A stretch of DNA of 64,000 bases, from the IMG/VR virus record IMGVR_UViG_3300045918_000470, positions 1-64,000 of that record; one strand, 5' to 3'. The notes below the pieces were generated by a model, which did no database searches, was not told the origin of the DNA, and worked only from the letters and a program-made list of their open reading frames with translations. The DNA is from a virus. A program made the position numbers and the translations under genes. Of this stretch, positions 10,478-20,339 are shown piece by piece (position 1 is the stretch's first letter; each line of letters starts with the position of its first letter).

Positions 10478-11505
10478 TAATACTCCTCAGATATTGAAAT
10501 AATTGTTCCATTGTTGTCATAAGTATATGAAAATCTACTTATTTTATTACCATCGCCATCTGTATAATCGACGTGATTAATTTTTGTAAGATCTGTTACT
10601 GTATTTACAATTCCGCCATAATACATAATATACATATTTTTTCTTTTAGTTTTATCGTATGTAAAAATCTCAATGTTTACTATATACGGTTGTAATACAT
10701 CATTAGGTTTCATAAAGTATTGCAATGGACCTTTCTCACCAAGGTAAAATGAATTGACAAGAACCTCATCAGGATTATAGTTAATCTTAACGTATTCATC
10801 GTTCTCTATACACCACTGTTCATCACCATAAACAACCACAGGTGCAAATGATGGTTCAGTTAACCACCCAGTTGTTCCGTATAGATTATTAACCTCTAAG
10901 GTTTCATTTCGTAGTTTTATATCATCGGCAAAATCTACTTCAACATACCCCTCATCAGTAAACAATGTATCATAATAATATTGATCAACATTCTCAAATG
11001 TAGTATCATCCCAGTAATCACTTAGAACGAATCCACGATCTGTAAGTAAATGTCCAGATTTAGAAATTCCTTGTTTTACCTCGTAATATTTTCCCTCTAA
11101 TGTGTATCCACGAACCAATTGACCGTCATACATGATATCTAGATGATTTGTGAGATTAGTAACACCTCTCATCTGATATATTCCATCAAGGATATTATCT
11201 GAATTAAAACTTAGGAATTTTTTATCGTTATTAGTAATACCTTCTTTTGAATCGAAATCTTTTGAAAGTATATTATCAAAGATATTGTATTCTTGTGCAA
11301 GACTTAATTGTGTTCCTTCAAGAATACGATATTTTCTGTTATATACATCAGTATCCATATAATTAAGATTACAATATGTTTCAAGAACATATAGTTCGTT
11401 TTCAGAACGATAACTCGATAGGACTCCGGATTCAAATAAATCCTTTGCCGTTGTTAATGTGTCATTATATCCCATATTATGCTCCTGGGCACAAGATATA
11501 AACAT
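10477..11505 (-). CDS. YD-repeat-like hypothetical protein
   Basis: FNSDNILDGI, MYDGQLVRG, FSYTYDNNGTIISISEE. Confidence 0.45.
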   Translation of the reverse strand: MFISCAQEHNMGYNDTLTTAKDLFESGVLSSYRSENELYVLETYCNLNYMDTDVYNRKYRILEGTQLSLAQEYNIFDNILSKDFDSKEGITNNDKKFLSFNSDNILDGIYQMRGVTNLTNHLDIMYDGQLVRGYTLEGKYYEVKQGISKSGHLLTDRGFVLSDYWDDTTFENVDQYYYDTLFTDEGYVEVDFADDIKLRNETLEVNNLYGTTGWLTEPSFAPVVVYGDEQWCIENDEYVKINYNPDEVLVNSFYLGEKGPLQYFMKPNDVLQPYIVNIEIFTYDKTKRKNMYIMYYGGIVNTVTDLTKINHVDYTDGDGNKISRFSYTYDNNGTIISISEEY

Positions 11506-13810
11506 CTTGTTCTATTGCGTATTCAATATCAACATAAAGATCAGTACAACCAGTATCTAAAAGACATGAATCTACAAATCTTGCATCTTTTGGAAGATAA
11601 TCAATATCAACATAAAGATCAGTACAACCTGGTAAGCACATATCGATATATTTTTCCATGTATAGATTTTCAAAATAGAAATCTTGACAACCAGTTACAA
11701 CAGGCGCACACATTATTACATATAACGTATCAATTGTACAATCATCTTCCCAATATGCAGAATTACATTCATCCTCAGGACATGGTTCCCTCATAGGAGA
11801 CTGATATGCATTTAACGCTTGTTCTAAATAATTATCACTTACAAAATATCCAAGCTCGTGATAACCATCGTCTGCACGTGCAATGGTCGTCGCATATGTA
11901 TTTTCTGAGTTGAAATAACCCGTTCTTGTAACATATGGTTTTGCATATTTTAACTCATATACATCATTTGGCATCTCATAAGCAAATGATTCTTTTCCTA
12001 ATGTATCTAGGTATTCAATTCTTTTTAGGAATGTTCCTACTTTAACATCTGATATTTTATTGTATATATCAACGTAATAAGGTTTTCCATTATCTGCGTA
12101 GTATGGGATTACAAAATAATCATTCCCATTATCTTTTACTATAAGATATTTAAGATACGGTTGACATCCTGCACCATCAGCAAAATTCCAATCCCCATTA
12201 AATGTAAAAAATCTATGAACCTTTGGCGCATCGTAATCATAAACAAAATCAATAGAATTATATTCATCTTTGTATATAAGTTCAGTTGCGATTGGTTCAT
12301 CAACATCTGAGGTCCCTGAGATTACATTACTGCAATGAGTTGTACTAAAGAATTTTGTCTCGATTGTGAGGTTATCCTCAAAGAACAATGCATTTGGAAT
12401 ACCATGATCATAACACCCATGGGTCCATTTTACAGATGGTTTATTCAATGCAATATATCGATTAGCACCATCAAACATTTTACTTACAGTTTTATATTTT
12501 AAGTCAATGTTAAACCCACCCTTAAGGTGATCTACAAATCTGTCAATTCTTCCACTTGTTAATCGGTCAACAGTATAGTGTTTTTCAAGTAACTCATCTG
12601 AGTTAAATTTCATTACCTTATACAATTTTCTGTTTATGTCATAATAAAAATTTAAAACACCGCCATATACTAGTTCCGTATCGTCATCAGTTATTACACT
12701 AAATATCAGACTATCAATTTTATAATCAGGTGTGTAAACAGGATGAGCCTTTTTCACAAGAAACCCAATCTCATTGTAATACCTTATCTCGGTGATATAT
12801 TTGTGATTTGTTTCAAACGCAAGATTGATCAACCCATAATCTTCAAAATCTGTAAACGAATTGATATAATGTCTTTTCTCGTCTACATCAATTTCTATTC
12901 TTCGTGAATATTCCTTACTTACACCGTAATATTGTTCACACAAGATTGATTGATTAAGATTTGAAACGGGTATAATAAATGGGAACTCTGCAAAGTAAAA
13001 CACGTTACATGAAACTATTGTATTCCATTCAAGAACCTTAGATATTACATGAGCTCTTCCATGGGTATCTACACTTAATCTCATATACTGATAATTCTCT
13101 TTATCGAATCCTGATAGATATCTAGTTTTATCTTGATATACGTAAACTAATTTTTGATAATCAATAATATCATTTGAAGAATTATAATATGTTTGTTGCA
13201 TATGTACATCATATACTTTATCTTTAACATCATTGTTTACACTAATAATTTTTCTTACTAATGCATACGTCACACCAGATACGCTTGAGAATTCATTAAC
13301 AATTATTGTTTCTTTATCTGCATCCTGAATATATTCAAAAGTCCATTTTGAAACTACTACGTTTGTTTCAAATGCTCGATAATGAAGTTCTTGAATTCTT
13401 AATTTATCATTGATATCTTCATATAGAGGTGTATATTCTCCTATAACACTTCCATTATAAAACTTACGAATTTTTGATATGAAACAAAGATCAATTGTAG
13501 GATCAAAACTTGCATAATATAACATATTTCTAAAGTTTGTAAATGGTCTAATCTTACTTTTAGAGGAATCATATTCGAACACCAATCCAATATCAAGGGT
13601 TCCTTCTTTACAGATTTCATAATGAACATTATTACAATTTCTTACCTCAGGAATTGGTTTAATCTTTTCAAGGGTTGTATCTTTATGTACAGGTGGTATT
13701 AGAGCATATGGTTTACTGGGAATTCCGAAGACACGTTGAATATTTGAAGAAGCATTGAGATCAATGAACTCATACTCAAATACATTAACACTTGGACTTA
13801 AAATTGTCAT
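11477..13810 (-). CDS. Large YD-repeat-like protein with sheath-like N-terminus and Cys-rich tail
   Basis: MTILSPSVNVFE N-terminus; YYNEIGFLVK, YYDINRKLYKV; GCTDLYVDI[DE]Y twice. Confidence 0.5.
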   Translation of the reverse strand: MTILSPSVNVFEYEFIDLNASSNIQRVFGIPSKPYALIPPVHKDTTLEKIKPIPEVRNCNNVHYEICKEGTLDIGLVFEYDSSKSKIRPFTNFRNMLYYASFDPTIDLCFISKIRKFYNGSVIGEYTPLYEDINDKLRIQELHYRAFETNVVVSKWTFEYIQDADKETIIVNEFSSVSGVTYALVRKIISVNNDVKDKVYDVHMQQTYYNSSNDIIDYQKLVYVYQDKTRYLSGFDKENYQYMRLSVDTHGRAHVISKVLEWNTIVSCNVFYFAEFPFIIPVSNLNQSILCEQYYGVSKEYSRRIEIDVDEKRHYINSFTDFEDYGLINLAFETNHKYITEIRYYNEIGFLVKKAHPVYTPDYKIDSLIFSVITDDDTELVYGGVLNFYYDINRKLYKVMKFNSDELLEKHYTVDRLTSGRIDRFVDHLKGGFNIDLKYKTVSKMFDGANRYIALNKPSVKWTHGCYDHGIPNALFFEDNLTIETKFFSTTHCSNVISGTSDVDEPIATELIYKDEYNSIDFVYDYDAPKVHRFFTFNGDWNFADGAGCQPYLKYLIVKDNGNDYFVIPYYADNGKPYYVDIYNKISDVKVGTFLKRIEYLDTLGKESFAYEMPNDVYELKYAKPYVTRTGYFNSENTYATTIARADDGYHELGYFVSDNYLEQALNAYQSPMREPCPEDECNSAYWEDDCTIDTLYVIMCAPVVTGCQDFYFENLYMEKYIDMCLPGCTDLYVDIDYLPKDARFVDSCLLDTGCTDLYVDIEYAIEQDVYILCPGA

Positions 13811-13826
13811 CTTGACCTCATGTATT

Positions 13827-13849
13827 TTTAAGGTTAATTATGATATAAT
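13827..13849 (+). promoter_or_regulatory. Early (host sigma70-type) promoter
   Basis: TTTAAG-N8-TGATATAAT. Confidence 0.65.
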
Positions 13850-13890
13850 GATATATTCATAAATATTTCAATTATTTATAAAGGATTAGA

Positions 13891-14217
13891 ATGAATTTTG
13901 ATAAAATATCAAAGATACCTTCCAACATTGCAAGCCCAAAGAATATCATTGACATTAAAAAATCAGGTAAAAAGATTATCATAAAATATGAGCAAGATAT
14001 GTTGTTCAGTGATAATGATGTTCAGTTAAAAGAGGATAGGGTAATAACAATATTTTATCCTAAAAAAATTAGAGGGTTTGAGGTACAAGTCGATGAAGAT
14101 GATAATATCTTCGTAGCAGTAATATATAAACCGCCATTTACATTTTTTGGTTGGTCATTCACGAAAGCAGAACATGAAAATAACACTAACACAACATCAG
14201 CAAAAAGTATTCAATGA
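13891..14217 (+). CDS. Hypothetical early protein
   Basis: AAGGA RBS; downstream of the early promoter. Confidence 0.6.
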   Translation: MNFDKISKIPSNIASPKNIIDIKKSGKKIIIKYEQDMLFSDNDVQLKEDRVITIFYPKKIRGFEVQVDEDDNIFVAVIYKPPFTFFGWSFTKAEHENNTNTTSAKSIQ

Positions 14218-15496
14218 CATTACAGATGGTATCGATGAGTCATTAAAATTAGGTCAGAAATTTATCGGTTCTTTATCAGGTCCTGCAGGAACTGGAAAGA
14301 CTGTAATGACGGCAGAAATCATCAGATATTTACTAGAGAATTATTCACATAAACATTTAAGAATTGCAACACCTACCCATAAATCACTTCGAGTTGCAAA
14401 CGATTATATTGGTAAAACATTAAAGAAACATAAAAATTTCTCATCAAGCACAATCCACTCATATCTTAAATTGAAGATGGAAAAGGTTGAGGATAGAATC
14501 GTCTTTATTGAGGATTTTGGTAATGCAAAAGCTGATCCAACAAAAAATCTTGTCATTGATGAAAGCTCAATGGTATCGGAGTCTTTATTTAATCATATCA
14601 AGGCAAAAGCATTAATTGTTGGTCTTGATGTAATTTTATATGTTGGGGATAAAGTTCAACTTCTTCCTGTTGATGGAAAAACAAATCCAGTATTCTGTGA
14701 CATTAACCAATATGAACTTACTGAGGTTGTCCGTCAAGCAGAAGATAGTCCAGTACTTATGAAAGCAACTGAGATTAGGAAATGTATTGAGACTCAAAAT
14801 TATGATATGAATGTATTACGGTTCGATGAGTTTACAACAACATCAGATGGTGTTATTGTGTTTGATGATGTAAAGGATTGGTTAGGTGATTATTTATCAG
14901 ATAAGACTGATAAAGTACTGTCAGCCTTCACTAACTCATCTGTAAACTCATATAACGAATTTATCAGAAAGATGGTAAACAACAGTACTGCACTTCCCAT
15001 GTTGATCGATGGGGAGCAAGTTGTTCTTCAAGAGGCATTTGAGAATGATGGACAGTTTGTTCAAAATGGCGATACATTAACGGTATATTCCCCAGTACTT
15101 GAACATCACCCAGTATTGAAGATAAATTATTGGACGTTTACACCAAAGGATGAAGATAGTAAAGAGATCTTCATCCGAGTTGTTGATACAGATTCCATAG
15201 CAAAGTATAATACTTTGCTTGAGCGAATTGCAAACAAAGCTAAGACCCTTAAGTCAAATAAACAATACAAAGAAGCAAAGGAAATGTGGGAAAAATATTG
15301 GGATGTAAAGAACATGTTCGTAGACATCAAATACAATTTTGCTCATACTGTACATAAACTTCAAGGTAGCACATACGATTCTGTTTATCTCAATCTAAAA
15401 GAAACAATCGCAAATACATCAGATAAAGACACATTATTTAGGTTAGTATATGTTGCATTAACTCGAGCAAGAAGTAAAGTGGCAATTTTCCGATAA
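14174..15496 (+). CDS. dda: Dda-like SF1B DNA helicase
   Basis: GPAGTGKT Walker A, IDESSMV, GDKVQLLPV, LTEVVRQ, HTVHKLQGSTY, YVALTRAR; start MKITLT at 14174 preferred. Confidence 0.92.
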   Translation: MKITLTQHQQKVFNDITDGIDESLKLGQKFIGSLSGPAGTGKTVMTAEIIRYLLENYSHKHLRIATPTHKSLRVANDYIGKTLKKHKNFSSSTIHSYLKLKMEKVEDRIVFIEDFGNAKADPTKNLVIDESSMVSESLFNHIKAKALIVGLDVILYVGDKVQLLPVDGKTNPVFCDINQYELTEVVRQAEDSPVLMKATEIRKCIETQNYDMNVLRFDEFTTTSDGVIVFDDVKDWLGDYLSDKTDKVLSAFTNSSVNSYNEFIRKMVNNSTALPMLIDGEQVVLQEAFENDGQFVQNGDTLTVYSPVLEHHPVLKINYWTFTPKDEDSKEIFIRVVDTDSIAKYNTLLERIANKAKTLKSNKQYKEAKEMWEKYWDVKNMFVDIKYNFAHTVHKLQGSTYDSVYLNLKETIANTSDKDTLFRLVYVALTRARSKVAIFR

Positions 15497-15538
15497 TAAA
15501 ATATCCTACATAAATAAAATAAAATGTAGGATAACAAT

Positions 15539-16027
15539 ATGTCTAAATTTCTCTTTTCTAAATATTTAAAAACATTAAATAACAAAGAAAATTTTATAAA
15601 ACTAACAGATAATATGTTAGAAACTATTATCGATCCTTCAATAAAATACTCTAAGCGATTAAAAAATCGTGACCTCTTCTACATTGATTACAACATGGAT
15701 TCCATTGCAGGCCCAGGTATCATCTTCAAAAACATAACCGAAAACACTATTGTAAACCGTAAGTCAGGAATGATCTTTATCCCTATTAATCTTTTCAAGG
15801 TTACTCAGATAAAAGGAAATGAGGAAATTAAATCACTTCGAACCATGGACGAATCTTCTATCATATTTGAGTCATCATCATATATTATTGTTAACGCATC
15901 AAGAGTTATTGCATACGCAAACCAAAGTAGGTTTAACACAATACGTTCTTTAGATGAATTAAAAACGTATAACGATCTAATTACATTACTTGAAGTATAT
16001 AAAAAATATTCTATGTATAAACAATAA
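15539..16027 (+). CDS. Hypothetical late protein
   Basis: ORF after CATAAATA with AGGA RBS. Confidence 0.55.
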   Translation: MSKFLFSKYLKTLNNKENFIKLTDNMLETIIDPSIKYSKRLKNRDLFYIDYNMDSIAGPGIIFKNITENTIVNRKSGMIFIPINLFKVTQIKGNEEIKSLRTMDESSIIFESSSYIIVNASRVIAYANQSRFNTIRSLDELKTYNDLITLLEVYKKYSMYKQ

Positions 16028-16047
16028 ATAAACGAAAGAGGTGTATT

Positions 16048-16182
16048 ATGAACGAAGAAACCGCAGCGGGCGATATTGCTGGTGTCGAAATGCCTTTAGG
16101 TGTTAAAAATAAATACACCAAGATAATTAGACGTATAAAAAAGATTAAAAAGAAAAAGGATGTTGAAGATGAACAAATTTAG
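16048..16182 (+). CDS. Small 44-aa ORF, possible head internal/core peptide
   Basis: MNEETAAGDIAGVEMPLGVKNKYTKIIRRIKKIKKKKDVEDEQI; GAGG RBS; not in the ORF track. Confidence 0.6.
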   Translation: MNEETAAGDIAGVEMPLGVKNKYTKIIRRIKKIKKKKDVEDEQI

Positions 16183-16540
16183 TTCAATGATAACAGAGTC
16201 ATTAGATGACCTTTTTAGTGTCATCACTGATACAATTAATACATATCAGGAATTGAAAAGTACAAAATTTATCCTTTCAAAACCTGAACAAGATTACTAT
16301 GAATTGTTCTACACAGTACCAAGTACATTTGATGATCTCGTTGCAACCCTTGATATTGATATTAAGGAATGGGATACCGATGTTGGTGCATCTGATGAAT
16401 ATGTTGAAGTGTTTGGAAAAGATGACTCAAAAGCAGAGAAAGATTTGCTTATTAAGTTACGTGATAATGCAGCAGAATTGATAGTGTATAGACAATTAAT
16501 ATTGTTAACAGCGCTTGAAGATTTAATGAAAATACAATAA
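16169..16540 (+). CDS. Hypothetical protein, possible internal head protein
   Basis: N-terminus MNKFSSMITE resembles T4 capsid-targeting sequences. Confidence 0.5.
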   Translation: MNKFSSMITESLDDLFSVITDTINTYQELKSTKFILSKPEQDYYELFYTVPSTFDDLVATLDIDIKEWDTDVGASDEYVEVFGKDDSKAEKDLLIKLRDNAAELIVYRQLILLTALEDLMKIQ

Positions 16541-16550
16541 GGAATAAAAC

Positions 16551-18107
16551 ATGGCATTGATTTTAAGAAGAGATAAAGGGGCAGTATTAACTCATAACGA
16601 GGTTGATGATAACTTTGTTTATGTTGATACTACAGCAGTAAAATTAACTACAAACCAAACCATTGCAGGTGTCAAAACATTTTCAAGCACAATCGTTGGG
16701 TCTGTATCAGGCAATGCAGGTACAGTAACAAATGGTGTTTATATTGTTGGAAACCAATCTATTGATGGTACAAAAACATTCACATCTACAGTTGTTGCAA
16801 ATATCTCAGGAAATTCTGAGGCTGTAACAAATGGTGTTTACACAATCGGTAATCAAACTATCGGTGGTACAAAAACTTTCTCAAGCACTGTTGTTGGTTC
16901 TATCACAGGAAATTCTGAGACCGTAACAAACGGTGTTTACTTACTTGGTAATCAAACAATTGCAGGTGTTAAAACATTCAGTTCAACAATTGTAGGTTCT
17001 GTTTCAGGAAATTGTGGAACTGTAACAAACGGTGTTTACACAATCGGAGATCAAGTAATTGCAGGTATTAAGACGTTTTCAAGCACTATTATTGGTTCTA
17101 TCACAGGAAATTCTGAGACCGTAACAAACGGTGTTTATAATGTTGGAGATCAAACAATTGCAGGTGTTAAAACATTCAGTTCAACAATTGTAGGTTCAAT
17201 CAATGGTAACTCTGCAACTGTAACAAACGGTGTTTATAATGTTGGAGATCAGACAATTGCAGGAAACAAGTCATTCTCGGCAACAATTATTGGTTCAATC
17301 AATGGAAATGCAGCAACGGTAACTGGTGGGGTTTATACATCAGGAAATCAAACAATTGCCGGTGTTAAAACATTTAGCTCAACAATTGCAGGTGATATTA
17401 CCGGTAATGCTAATACTGTTACAAATGGGTTGTATTCTAATGGTTTATATACTGATCCTACATGGTTAACATTATCAAAAACAAAAGTTGGTTTGGGTAA
17501 TGCTGATAACACTGCAGATACATCTAAGAATGTTCTTTCAGCAACGAAACTAACAACAGCACGTACAATCAATGGAATTAGTTTTGACGGTACATCAAAT
17601 ATCAACATTGAAAGTAGATTAGGAACGGCAGTTGCTTCTGCGGGTACAACTACAATCGGTACTGCTGGTATCGGTGAAGTAATGCATATCACTGGAACAA
17701 CTAACATTACATCATTCGGTGTCTCAACAACCGGAACAATGAGAACAATCATATTTGATGGGGCAGTTACGGTAACATATAATGTAACATCATTGATCAT
17801 TCCAGGAGCATCAGATATTGTGACAACTGCGGGTGACATTATGGTTCTTGTGTGTGAAAATGGCGCATCAGGATATTGGAGAGTTGCAAACTATCTTCCT
17901 GCATCAGGAAACGTAACATCTGGTACAACACAAACAATCTCGGGTGCTAAGACATTTACTAGCGATGTTATACAAACTCCTTCAGCGGTGGCGACACCTG
18001 CGGTAAATGGTCAGATGATGTTTGAACATACAAGTGACACAACATTAACTGTTAAGGTTAAAGGTTCAGATGGCGTTGTAAGATCAGTTGCATTAACATT
18101 AGCGTAA
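16551..18107 (+). CDS. Tail fibre with eight 33-aa repeats
   Basis: Shared N-terminal motif; eight copies of NQTIAGVKTFSSTIVGSxxGNxxTVTNGVYxxG; ARTINGISFDGT. Confidence 0.8.
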   Translation: MALILRRDKGAVLTHNEVDDNFVYVDTTAVKLTTNQTIAGVKTFSSTIVGSVSGNAGTVTNGVYIVGNQSIDGTKTFTSTVVANISGNSEAVTNGVYTIGNQTIGGTKTFSSTVVGSITGNSETVTNGVYLLGNQTIAGVKTFSSTIVGSVSGNCGTVTNGVYTIGDQVIAGIKTFSSTIIGSITGNSETVTNGVYNVGDQTIAGVKTFSSTIVGSINGNSATVTNGVYNVGDQTIAGNKSFSATIIGSINGNAATVTGGVYTSGNQTIAGVKTFSSTIAGDITGNANTVTNGLYSNGLYTDPTWLTLSKTKVGLGNADNTADTSKNVLSATKLTTARTINGISFDGTSNINIESRLGTAVASAGTTTIGTAGIGEVMHITGTTNITSFGVSTTGTMRTIIFDGAVTVTYNVTSLIIPGASDIVTTAGDIMVLVCENGASGYWRVANYLPASGNVTSGTTQTISGAKTFTSDVIQTPSAVATPAVNGQMMFEHTSDTTLTVKVKGSDGVVRSVALTLA

Positions 18108-18194
18108 TGTATTCGAAGGACTAGTTGTAGTCCTTCATAATATATTAAGTTTAATATGATACAATTATCGTATCAAAGGAAAGAAGGAATAAAA

Positions 18195-18430
18195 ATGAAA
18201 ACAGTTAAAGTAACAGCAGTTGATACATTTAAAGTATCTAATAAAGTTGAGTTGGTAGATACACCTGAAGGTACCATCTAAAGTTAGAAGATGGTAGTTT
18301 AGTAATTCCTGCAATTATCTATATGAAATTTGATGGTGTTGATACATGGAAAGAATTGGACGATGATGAACTGGTTGGTATTCGTGATACCGTGACCTTA
18401 GATTGGAATTTTAAAATGACGGAAAGTTAA
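18195..18430 (+). pseudogene. Frameshifted small early gene
   Basis: Promoter and AAGGA RBS; MKTVKV..PEGTI* continues in another frame as HLKLEDGSLVIPAII..TES*. Confidence 0.4.
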
Positions 18431-18572
18431 TAGGAAAAGAAGCAAAAGATAAATTGCTTGTAGGATGCTTATTTATCTCAGGAGCGGCATTTGGTTTTGC
18501 CGCTAATGGGATTACAGGAATGAGTATAGGGATTGGTATCGTATCAGGATTTATTACTTTTATTATTGTTGC

Positions 18573-19103
18573 TTAATTCGATTTATCACGAAGCATTTTT
18601 AGAATATCTGCAGTACTTGATATAATATTTGTCTGATTGTTGTTAACAACACCTGGACCTTCTTCCTTACCAATATGCATGATTTCTTTTTGGACGTGTA
18701 TAATATCTTTGTAGATAGCACTAAGAAGTTTTAATGATTGATTTACTGCATTTGTTAATTCAGCGAATGACGTAATCATACTTGATTTACGTTCTGAATC
18801 CGATATAATTAATTCATCAGAAAGTGATTGTAGAATTAATCTACCGCTCTTAACAGTACTTAACAAGGTTTCACGAATTGTGTGAAAGTCCTCTTTAAGC
18901 AAACTTAGTTTAATTACACTCTCAACAACCTCAGTATCTAATTCAATAGGATTAGATTCGAACTTTTTCTCCGCAGGCAAAATCTCAGAAACATAATCAT
19001 TCATGTTGTCAACAGAACTTTCTGTAATATCAAACGCTGATGTAATCTTGTCCAATTTCTTAGCAAGTTGCTCACCCCTTTTAATATTTTCTTCTAAACT
19101 CAT
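18573..19103 (-). CDS. gp16: Terminase small subunit (gp16-like)
   Basis: EDFHTIRETL helical core; C-terminal NNNQTNIISSTADILKML; follows gp15. Confidence 0.7.
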   Translation of the reverse strand: MSLEENIKRGEQLAKKLDKITSAFDITESSVDNMNDYVSEILPAEKKFESNPIELDTEVVESVIKLSLLKEDFHTIRETLLSTVKSGRLILQSLSDELIISDSERKSSMITSFAELTNAVNQSLKLLSAIYKDIIHVQKEIMHIGKEEGPGVVNNNQTNIISSTADILKMLRDKSN

Positions 19104-19777
19104 AATTCGCCTTTAGGTGTTATTTTCGAAAGATCATCATAAAGATTTGTAATAACGTGATTAACGATTTTACCGTCTTTGATAGGTGGATAAAGATTTG
19201 CGTCTATAGATAGACTTAGTGTTGCATTACAGAAACGAATATCATCATCCATACTTAAATCCATGTCAAGATCCCATGATACGTCATTAAGACGTAAGGG
19301 TACTGATCTGTATTCTTCTTGGAAATCCATATCTTTAATCTTTATTGAATACGTAGGATTAAACATAGGTACAATCTGCTCAACTAACATGGTGAGTTCT
19401 GTAAAGGAGTCAGTAAGAATAGAAACTGTGAAATCAAAATTCCAAGACACAGAATTATATGTGTACGTCAGTGTCTTGCCATCAGCATTAAACTTCATTA
19501 CTTTATTTAACTTGTTGGTTTCTTTCTCAGCGGCTTTAGACATTCCATCAAAACTTAAAGATAATCTTGGAAGGACGTTATATTTTTGTTCTCGATATTT
19601 TGCGAAATCATCAGACGTCAATTCAAATGCTTTTTGTTTTGATGCGAACGTGATAGGAATTGTAACATCCCTACCTACTGTGCCATCATCATTAAATCTA
19701 ACTACATGCATATCATTAAACGTATCCAATATAGCAGATGTGTACCTACGAATGGTATAATGATGAAAAAATTGCAT
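19100..19777 (-). CDS. gp15: Tail sheath stabiliser/terminator (gp15-like)
   Basis: FFHHYTIRRY..FND..IPITFASKQK..LPRLSL..EQIVPMFNP. Confidence 0.85.
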   Translation of the reverse strand: MQFFHHYTIRRYTSAILDTFNDMHVVRFNDDGTVGRDVTIPITFASKQKAFELTSDDFAKYREQKYNVLPRLSLSFDGMSKAAEKETNKLNKVMKFNADGKTLTYTYNSVSWNFDFTVSILTDSFTELTMLVEQIVPMFNPTYSIKIKDMDFQEEYRSVPLRLNDVSWDLDMDLSMDDDIRFCNATLSLSIDANLYPPIKDGKIVNHVITNLYDDLSKITPKGEL

Positions 19778-19786
19778 TGGTTATCC

Positions 19787-20281
19787 TTAGAATGATAACC
19801 AGTGGCTGTATGTAAACGTTACAGTAAATTCTGTAATTGTATCTGCAGTATCAGAACCATATTCAACTGAACTTACAACTGTTGGGTATGCATTGTACAA
19901 TGTATATGTTTTAGTTACTTGATCATATGAATCTAATTGTGATACGTGAAGATCTTTCATGTAATCGAGGTTACTTGCAACGGATTTTACTTCTGTAGCA
20001 TAACTATCGATACGGTCGATCTCATCAATAAACACTTGACGGAAATCCATCTCAGCAGTATTATAGAATGTAACATCCCAAGTACCAGCATACTGTGCTT
20101 CACCAGCTACTGTCATTTTACGGCCTTTGTGCCAAACTTCAATTGTTCCCAATGTAACGTCAGGTAGTGATGTTGCTTTTGCAAGAACGTCCATATCTGA
20201 ACCACCGTATGGCAATTGTACTCTAAATTTATTTGCACGAGCACCAAGTCCTAAGGTACTTTTAAGTGTTTCTAAACTCAT
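19787..20281 (-). CDS. gp19: Tail tube protein (gp19-like)
   Basis: GARANKFRV..ATSLP..GRKMTVAG..WDVTFYN..AYPTVV..EFTVTFTY. Confidence 0.88.
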   Translation of the reverse strand: MSLETLKSTLGLGARANKFRVQLPYGGSDMDVLAKATSLPDVTLGTIEVWHKGRKMTVAGEAQYAGTWDVTFYNTAEMDFRQVFIDEIDRIDSYATEVKSVASNLDYMKDLHVSQLDSYDQVTKTYTLYNAYPTVVSSVEYGSDTADTITEFTVTFTYSHWLSF

Positions 20282-20339
20282 ACTTTCTCCTTAAATGATA
20301 AATATCATGATTATTTATTTTATTTATCAGGAGCGAAAA

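Noticed and set aside
11477-13810. Calling the 777-aa ORF the tail sheath gp18
   Set aside because: Only the first dozen residues resemble a sheath N-terminus, and no other sheath motifs are recognisable.
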